Assembly: GCA_963714085.1 (NCBI GenBank)
Contig: OY970229.1
Coordinates: 480,001 to 544,000, forward strand
Direction of reading: 5' to 3'
Origin: an uncultured Candidatus Micrarchaeota archaeon
Lineage (GTDB): Archaea; Micrarchaeota; Micrarchaeia; Anstonellales; Bilamarchaeaceae
Length of the DNA: 64,000 nt
Below the pieces are notes generated by a model that saw only the letters and a program-made list of their open reading frames with translations, did not search any database and was not told the origin of the DNA. A program made the translations under genes and the position numbers. Positions 58,038-64,000 of this stretch are shown here, in pieces (the stretch's first letter is position 1; each line of letters begins with the position of its first letter).

Positions 58038-58198
58038 GAGCGTCTCCTGGGTTTGTTTCGTGCGCTACCTTTTAATTGACTGAGCCCCGCGCCTTAGGAT
58101 ATGCCCACCCATTATAAATATTGCGGGCGAGTATGTTCAACGAGAAGCCCGTACCATCAGGCATGGGCAGCTCACGAGAAATCAGAGAGGTGAGGTTT

Positions 58199-59017
58199 TT
58201 GGGAGATGAAGGCGCTATGACGCTTAGCAAGGACTATATCTATGGCATAGTGATAGTGGTGCTTGTGGCACTGCTCACCGTGTCGGTGTTCACGAACGGC
58301 TTCGGCATAATGCCGGTGAAGGTCAACAGCACGGCTGTAAACTGCACCGTCAACACCACGGTTGACCAGTTTGCTGGGTTGCAACAGATGCCGCTCACGG
58401 TCGGCAACCTGCCCGCACAGGGACAGGCCAGCGCTCCGGTGACCTGGGTCGAGTTCAGCGACTTCGAGTGCCCGTACTGCCAGATGCTTTATAGCCAGAC
58501 GGACGCGCAGGTGATAACTGCTTACGTCAACACCGGGAAGGTGAAGATGTACTTCAGGAACTTCCCGCTGGTCTCCATCCATCCAAACGCCGAGGCTGCG
58601 GCCGAGGCTTCCAGATGCGCGAACGAGCAGGGCAAGTTCTGGGCCATGCATGACAAGCTGTTCGACCAACAGGGCACGTGGGGTTCTGCCAGCGCCACGG
58701 ACGCGCAGACGGACTTCGTCGGCTATGCGACCGGGCTCGGGCTTGACGCCACCAGCTTCACGTCCTGCCTGACGTCGAGCAAGTACGCCAACGACATCCA
58801 GACCGACCTGCAGGACGGCCAGAGCTTCGGAGTCCAGGGCACGCCCGGCGTGTTCATGATGCTGCCAAAGGCAAAGACGGACTTCAACGCGCTGAGGAAC
58901 GTGGTGGCTGCGGCCGGCTTCAAGCTCTACCAGGACAATGACAGCCTGATAGTGTTCGTGCCTGGCGCGGACTCGTATTCCGCGTTCTCCCAGGTGCTGA
59001 GCACGGTCACGTACTAG
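58199..59017 (+). CDS. Membrane-anchored DsbA-family thioredoxin
   Basis: TM anchor; EFSDFECPYC, FRNFPL, GVQGTP; start TTG 58199 (SD GAGGTGA) or ATG 58217. Confidence 0.9.
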   Translation: MGDEGAMTLSKDYIYGIVIVVLVALLTVSVFTNGFGIMPVKVNSTAVNCTVNTTVDQFAGLQQMPLTVGNLPAQGQASAPVTWVEFSDFECPYCQMLYSQTDAQVITAYVNTGKVKMYFRNFPLVSIHPNAEAAAEASRCANEQGKFWAMHDKLFDQQGTWGSASATDAQTDFVGYATGLGLDATSFTSCLTSSKYANDIQTDLQDGQSFGVQGTPGVFMMLPKAKTDFNALRNVVAAAGFKLYQDNDSLIVFVPGADSYSAFSQVLSTVTY

Positions 59018-59053
59018 AGACAGCCCTTCTTTTTTTTCCTCTTATTATTTCAA

Positions 59054-60568
59054 CTATTTCTTCTGTTTCAGAGGGCTTAGCGCAGGATGAGGGGTCCTGG
59101 GCAGGAGTGGTTTTTTATTTGCTATCCTGTGAAGCAACTCGAGTGTGAGATGCCTGTCCGGCAGGCTCGGCTCGTCCCTGCCGAACATCTGGCCCTGCAG
59201 CGAAAGGAACACGTCGGCACTGCGCATGATGTCCTGGGCGGACTTAAAGTCGTCTGGCAGAAATGCCTTGCCAAGGCAGTTGCGCGCTATCCTTGCGATG
59301 AAGGCGTTTTCAGCGCCCGTCCTTGCCGAAACCACGGCTACGCGGCACATGAGAGGCGCTAGGCGCAGAAGGTAGCTGCGGCCGACCTCGTCCGGTGAAA
59401 TCCACTCCGGATGGCCGAAAAGCAGCGAGGAGGCCACTCTGGCCTGGAAGGGCTGCAGGGCGGGATTGCGATTCAGAAGCTCGTAGATCAGTTCGCTCAG
59501 CCTCACCATGGCCTTTCTCACGTTCGATTCAGGGGTAGCGACCCCGTCTGGCCGTATGCCCGAGACATGTGGCACCACCAGCTGGGCTAGACCGTCAACG
59601 GCAGTTAGAAGCGCGGCAGGGGAGGACGGTATCCTGGCGAGAGACGAGAACGCGGCCATCTGTATGCCATGCTCGTCAAGCCGCGGGACCGGCAGCCGGC
59701 TCAGTCTTCCAGGAGTTTCGAGGAACCATGGGTGCGGAAGGGGTTTGATTCCCAGTATTTCCCGGAACCCGCCCATGACTTGGTGGTATAGCATGTTATC
59801 AGGGGAAGCATCGGGATTGCCGTACGCCAGCGCCAATATCATGTCCTTCCCCTCCCTGGGGTCGGCTGCGGCTCCGGCCTCGATGAGCCTGTCGATTATC
59901 CAGGGGGACGGCATGGTCGAGGTCAGGGTACGCGCCACGAAAGCCGCCAGCACCATGTCCCGGTCCAGGCAGGCCAATGCGGAAACTGCCCGGCATTCGC
60001 GCCTCCGATCCCCGGAGAACATCGCGCCGGAGAACGTATCCACTGCAAACGCGACTTTGCTCGCGCCTGCGGATATCTCCATAGAAAGGTCGATTTTCTT
60101 CTGATCCCCGCACGCGCGGATGTTGCTGAGGCAGGATATGGCGAGCTTTTCCCTGAACTCGCTCCTCATGCTTACGTTGTATAGCGGAACCGCGAGCGTG
60201 TTCATGGCTTCACGCCACACTGCTTCGTTCTCCGAGCGTATGGAGATCTCTTCAAGAAGCTTGTAGAAGACGAGAAGCTTTGGGGCGGGAATGTCGTCTC
60301 TCTTCGCTTCCGAGGTCAGCGCTGCCAGGTCCTTGACGCTGAAATTCCTGGACTTGGCTACTCTTACTATGTCTTTGAGGAGGTTGGAGAACGGGGCTTC
60401 CTGCACTTTCTTGAATAACCGCTTTTCCGGATCGGTCACAACAACGACTCCCGGTATGGAGACGATGCTCGCCTCCAGCGTGCGCTCGGAGCCTGCGTCG
60501 TTGCCCGGCGCGAGTTCTATGTTGAAGCGTCTGAGTTCCGCTATGCTGCTGCTGAACGTGTTGTCCAT
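59054..60568 (-). CDS. Hypothetical helical protein
   Basis: 504-aa ORF, no family recognised. Confidence 0.7.
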   Translation of the reverse strand: MDNTFSSSIAELRRFNIELAPGNDAGSERTLEASIVSIPGVVVVTDPEKRLFKKVQEAPFSNLLKDIVRVAKSRNFSVKDLAALTSEAKRDDIPAPKLLVFYKLLEEISIRSENEAVWREAMNTLAVPLYNVSMRSEFREKLAISCLSNIRACGDQKKIDLSMEISAGASKVAFAVDTFSGAMFSGDRRRECRAVSALACLDRDMVLAAFVARTLTSTMPSPWIIDRLIEAGAAADPREGKDMILALAYGNPDASPDNMLYHQVMGGFREILGIKPLPHPWFLETPGRLSRLPVPRLDEHGIQMAAFSSLARIPSSPAALLTAVDGLAQLVVPHVSGIRPDGVATPESNVRKAMVRLSELIYELLNRNPALQPFQARVASSLLFGHPEWISPDEVGRSYLLRLAPLMCRVAVVSARTGAENAFIARIARNCLGKAFLPDDFKSAQDIMRSADVFLSLQGQMFGRDEPSLPDRHLTLELLHRIANKKPLLPRTPHPALSPLKQKK

Positions 60569-60615
60569 GGATATACCTATGCATGGTTGTTTTTATAAAG
60601 CTACTTTTTACCATT

Positions 60616-61548
60616 CTAGGCAACTTTACGCCCAGGCTGGTCCGGCCCTATGTCGATTATTTGGCGCTGGTCGATCGCTCTGATGAACTCCTCGGCAGCG
60701 GCCCCGTTCATGTGCGAAATTTCACAGCGCAACTGGAAGATTTCTTCCGCATGGCGCCTCCCGAGGCTGTTGCACATCCGTGCGAACAGCTTAGCAGCTT
60801 CCAGCTTCTTCGCATCACTGCCTTTGGAGATCGCATCGGGCGCGTGTTTGACGTAATCGCTCATATAGTCAGGAGACAATTTAGGAATGAGGTCGTTCAT
60901 GAGCCTGATGGCATCAAGCACCTGGGAGTTGTTGAGGCGGGTCTCCCGGGATTTAGAATCGGCGTCTTGCAGCAGCGCGAATGCGGCGCTGAACAACCGC
61001 TCTACTTTCTTGTCCGGTTGGGTGACGGGAGTCCCGCAAAACACGTACTCGTGCTCGAGGCCACGGACCGCTTTGCCATCCGGTTTGAGGGCAAGCACTT
61101 CGCCACGGAACTCGGCTGAATAGCCTTCGCGTAGGAGCACGGCTTCCAAGCCCGTTCCCATCGCGCGCGCCCAGTCGGTGGTCTTCTGCCTCAGGAATGT
61201 GCGCTCAAGCCGTGCCATCGGGCTCGCGTGTATTCCGAGTCTTTCCTTGAGCTCATCGTATCCTTCCACGAGCGCGTTGGATATGCGGAAGGCTAGTGAC
61301 CCATGACGTAAAGGAACGGCGTCATCGAGTTCCGCGGTGATCGGTTCATCTAACTTGCCGCTGGGGGCATTGGGGATTTGGCGGCGGTCCAACGGCGTCT
61401 CATGATCCTTAGGCTTTGCGTCGGGCACCTTGAGCGGTCTGAATATACGAAAGAATTTTCGGCGTCCGGATACTGGGACAGGCGTCGGCGTAGTCTGACT
61501 GGTAGATACATGCAGCAATTGGCGATTCTGAACTGGTAAACCCGCCAT
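60616..61548 (-). CDS. Hypothetical protein
   Basis: 310-aa ORF, disordered basic N-terminus. Confidence 0.65.
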   Translation of the reverse strand: MAGLPVQNRQLLHVSTSQTTPTPVPVSGRRKFFRIFRPLKVPDAKPKDHETPLDRRQIPNAPSGKLDEPITAELDDAVPLRHGSLAFRISNALVEGYDELKERLGIHASPMARLERTFLRQKTTDWARAMGTGLEAVLLREGYSAEFRGEVLALKPDGKAVRGLEHEYVFCGTPVTQPDKKVERLFSAAFALLQDADSKSRETRLNNSQVLDAIRLMNDLIPKLSPDYMSDYVKHAPDAISKGSDAKKLEAAKLFARMCNSLGRRHAEEIFQLRCEISHMNGAAAEEFIRAIDQRQIIDIGPDQPGRKVA

Positions 61549-61602
61549 GATTATATTACGATTTTCTTATTTATAATGGTTGGTATTGGTGCCATCTGGG
61601 GA

Positions 61603-62166
61603 CTATTCCAGCCTCTTGAGCCCGGCCCACCAGGAGTTCGACTTCGTCGTCTTGAGCTTCGAATGGAGCTTTTTCGCGCTTGCGGTCCTGAGCTTTTTGC
61701 CTATTATGCTTATCCAGTTCCCTGTTCCGGAATTCCCCGCGTCCGCGTACTCCTTGGCCTGTATGGCGCACTCCAGGTAATCCGCGTCCTTTAGGATAGT
61801 CTTCTCTTTCTCGCTCAGCTTCCGGACGGACGCGAGCGCCTTACGTATCTCCGTAGGCAGGGCCTGCGCCTGATCGGCCTCAATCCTGCGCTCGAGCTCT
61901 TCCGTGGTGTGGACGTACCTGGCGGTTATCTTGTTCATGTCGCCCAGCCGGGCCTCGAGCAGGTCGTGGAACACCGCGGCGCTGCATAGCCTCTCAGAAT
62001 CCGCGCCCTCCATCTTGGCCAGCACGAATGCGATCACCGCTGTCCGGAACGAATGGTCCGCCACGCTCTCCGGGTTCTTTATCCCCTCTGCCCACCACCC
62101 GCTCCTGGCCGTCCTTTTCAGCATTCCCGCCTCGAAGAAATATTTCAGAACAGGGTCGTCAGACAT
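61603..62166 (-). CDS. HD-domain 5'-deoxynucleotidase-like (HDDC2/YfbR)
   Basis: LKRTARSGW, ESVADHSFR, FHDLLEARLGD, KDADYLE. Confidence 0.9.
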   Translation of the reverse strand: MSDDPVLKYFFEAGMLKRTARSGWWAEGIKNPESVADHSFRTAVIAFVLAKMEGADSERLCSAAVFHDLLEARLGDMNKITARYVHTTEELERRIEADQAQALPTEIRKALASVRKLSEKEKTILKDADYLECAIQAKEYADAGNSGTGNWISIIGKKLRTASAKKLHSKLKTTKSNSWWAGLKRLE

Positions 62167-62238
62167 AGAAAAAATCACCTATTTGCCCTCTTGCGCTAAG
62201 CGTGTTTAAAAATCTAACTTGATAGAAGAAGTTAGGTA

Positions 62239-62625
62239 ATGGATATGCCCGTGGCTGCTTTGAAAAGACGCGAGATGGAACCAGGTCCACAGCGGATTCG
62301 GTCATTCGGTGGAGGAGACCCGCTTGAGGAAGGACGCAGTGGCAGGAGACTGCGCAGCATCAGGCGCAGGATAGACCGGGTGGACGGCAGGCTGGTGAAA
62401 CTGCTGGCGCAAAGATGCGCCGTTGCCATGGAGGCCGCGGCGGAAAAAACGAAACTCGGCAAAGGCGTGGTTAACCGGAAGCGCGAACAGGAGGTGCTTT
62501 CGATTGCAATGGGCAATGCCAGGAAACTAGGCCTTGACCCGGACATCGTAAAGAGCATATTCACGGAAATAATCAGGCTCGCCAAAGCCTGCGAGAATAG
62601 ATTTTTGTCGGGCAAGCACGAGTGA
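62239..62625 (+). CDS. Chorismate mutase type II
   Basis: LRSIRRRIDRVD.RLVKLLAQR..A...K...V...REQEVL; start uncertain. Confidence 0.85.
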   Translation: MDMPVAALKRREMEPGPQRIRSFGGGDPLEEGRSGRRLRSIRRRIDRVDGRLVKLLAQRCAVAMEAAAEKTKLGKGVVNRKREQEVLSIAMGNARKLGLDPDIVKSIFTEIIRLAKACENRFLSGKHE

Positions 62626-62665
62626 CCTACTCAGGATTATTAATATTGCCTGCCTTGTTGAACCG

Positions 62666-63220
62666 ATGGTCCAGCACGAGAAGGCGATTCTCAGGCAGGA
62701 GATGCTCGCGAAGAGGAATTCGCTCAGTGATGATGAGCGGAAGGAAAAAAGCGATGCGATAATGGCTAGGCTCTTTGAGGAGCATCATTTCCGCGAGGCC
62801 AAATGCGTCGCGTTCTACATGCCCATCGGCAACGAGGTGGACACGCGGCAGATGATAACCCGCTCCGTCGCCGCGGGAAAGGAGGTGCTCCTGCCCTTCG
62901 TGGCGTCCGACCACCACCTGGAACTGCGCAAATTCGAGTCGTTCGAGAGCCTGAAAAAGGGCAGGTTCGCGATATTGGAGCCGGTCGGCGAGGAGCGGCC
63001 CGCGGAAGACCCGCACGTCATAATCCTGCCCGGCGTGGCGTTCGGCCTGTGCATGCACCGCCTGGGCTACGGCAAGGGGTACTACGACCGGCTGCTCGCA
63101 AGGCTCCCTTCATTCCGCATAGGAATCTGCTTCGATATCCAGGTCGTGGAGCGGCTGCCGAGGCACTCCGACGACCAGCGGATGAACATGATCATAACCG
63201 AGAAACGGGAAATACTCTGA
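62666..63220 (+). CDS. 5-formyltetrahydrofolate cyclo-ligase
   Basis: EKAILRQ, NEVDT, ILEP, PGVAF...RLGYGKGYYDR, HSDDQRM. Confidence 0.93.
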   Translation: MVQHEKAILRQEMLAKRNSLSDDERKEKSDAIMARLFEEHHFREAKCVAFYMPIGNEVDTRQMITRSVAAGKEVLLPFVASDHHLELRKFESFESLKKGRFAILEPVGEERPAEDPHVIILPGVAFGLCMHRLGYGKGYYDRLLARLPSFRIGICFDIQVVERLPRHSDDQRMNMIITEKREIL

Positions 63221-63278
63221 TGAACGGTTATGAGGAAGTTTTATAATCCTTGAACGAGAAGGGACGCATGGCGATTCT

Positions 63279-63578
63279 ATGGTCGAACTCCGAAGAAGCA
63301 TAAAATGTTCTAACTGCGGCACGGAAACCACGTTCTACCTCAGCAGCGAGATGGTCCTCAGCGAGCTGCTCGTGCACGGGAAGTGCCAAAGGTGCGGCAA
63401 CTCCTTACAGCTCAACTTCAACATAATCGATTCCAGCGGCCAGCCCGTGAAATCCGAGGCCTCCGCATCATCGTCTTCCCAGAGCGCCGAGACGCCAACG
63501 GTGAACTTGGACGAGACGCTCTTCAACGAGCCGGCGGACCTGCCAAGCGACACAATAAGGGACCTGATAGAGAGCTAG
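63279..63578 (+). CDS. Zinc-ribbon protein with acidic tail
   Basis: CSNCG...CQRCG. Confidence 0.7.
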   Translation: MVELRRSIKCSNCGTETTFYLSSEMVLSELLVHGKCQRCGNSLQLNFNIIDSSGQPVKSEASASSSSQSAETPTVNLDETLFNEPADLPSDTIRDLIES

Positions 63579-63580
63579 GT

Positions 63581-64000
63581 TCACAGCCTGGAAACCAGTT
63601 CCGGAAGATCGACGACGGATTCCAGGACGAAGTCCGGCCGCTCGTGCTTCTTCAATCTCTTTATATCCTTTTTTTTCGAGGCTCCGGTGAGCACCAGGAC
63701 GCTCCTTATCCCAGCGCGCTTGCCGGTGAGCACGTCCGTCTCGATCCGGTCCCCTACGATCAGCGCCTCGCCTTTTTTCAGCCCGTTCTCCCCGAGCATG
63801 AGCTCAACGCCGTACCTGTTCGGCTTGCCCAGGACGACTGGCTTTTCCCCAGTGCTGCGCTCCACGGCAGCGACCATGGCGCCAGCCCCGGGGAGGAAGC
63901 CGTCCTCCACCGGGAACGATATGTCCTCGTTGGAGGCTATGAAGAGCGCGCCGCGGCTTATTGCCCTGAACGCGATGGCGAGCTTCTCGTAGGTCAGCGT
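63581..64000 (-). CDS. HAD-IIA hydrolase (NagD-like), C-terminal part
   Basis: FIASNED..FPVEDGFLPGAG, LGKP, VGDRIETD, VLVLTG; 5' end outside window. Confidence 0.9.
   Translation of the reverse strand, partial: TLTYEKLAIAFRAISRGALFIASNEDISFPVEDGFLPGAGAMVAAVERSTGEKPVVLGKPNRYGVELMLGENGLKKGEALIVGDRIETDVLTGKRAGIRSVLVLTGASKKKDIKRLKKHERPDFVLESVVDLPELVSRL

Overview
Archaeal chromosomal segment, GC-rich with AT-rich TATA-type intergenic promoters. The gene set is archaeal (thermosome, PurP, Sec61-beta, PAC2, intron-containing tRNA-Phe). A DPANN/Micrarchaeota-like origin is my inference from compactness, a tandem Lrp, many orphan genes and a reduced RNase P RNA. Housekeeping genes include purB, purP, glmU, glmM, uppS, aroD, SRP54, hppA and a DRG GTPase, plus 4 intact tRNAs and RNase P RNA. 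Main highlights: (1) At 7073-18336, three integrase-less cassettes sit in tandem at the 3' end of tRNA-Leu(TAA). They are separated by copies of the tRNA 3' end, and two of them share ~160-175 bp palindrome-rich left and right ends. Cargo is a fluoride-riboswitch-controlled antiporter unit and an unusual biosynthetic operon (radical SAM, TRAM-less methylthiotransferase, QueD-TPR-GT2 fusion, aminotransferase). (2) A 41-nt bulge-helix-bulge-like intron interrupts the DGNRRW motif of the protein-coding gene uppS. (3) A HypC-HydE fusion next to hydG links [NiFe] and [FeFe] hydrogenase maturation modules. (4) A ~286-bp IS200/IS605 miniature retains an omega-RNA-like scaffold. (5) A glutamine synthetase homologue lacks most catalytic residues. 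(6) A block of large orphan or surface proteins includes one with a beta-barrel-like C-terminus. All calls come from motif recognition by eye; no searches were run.
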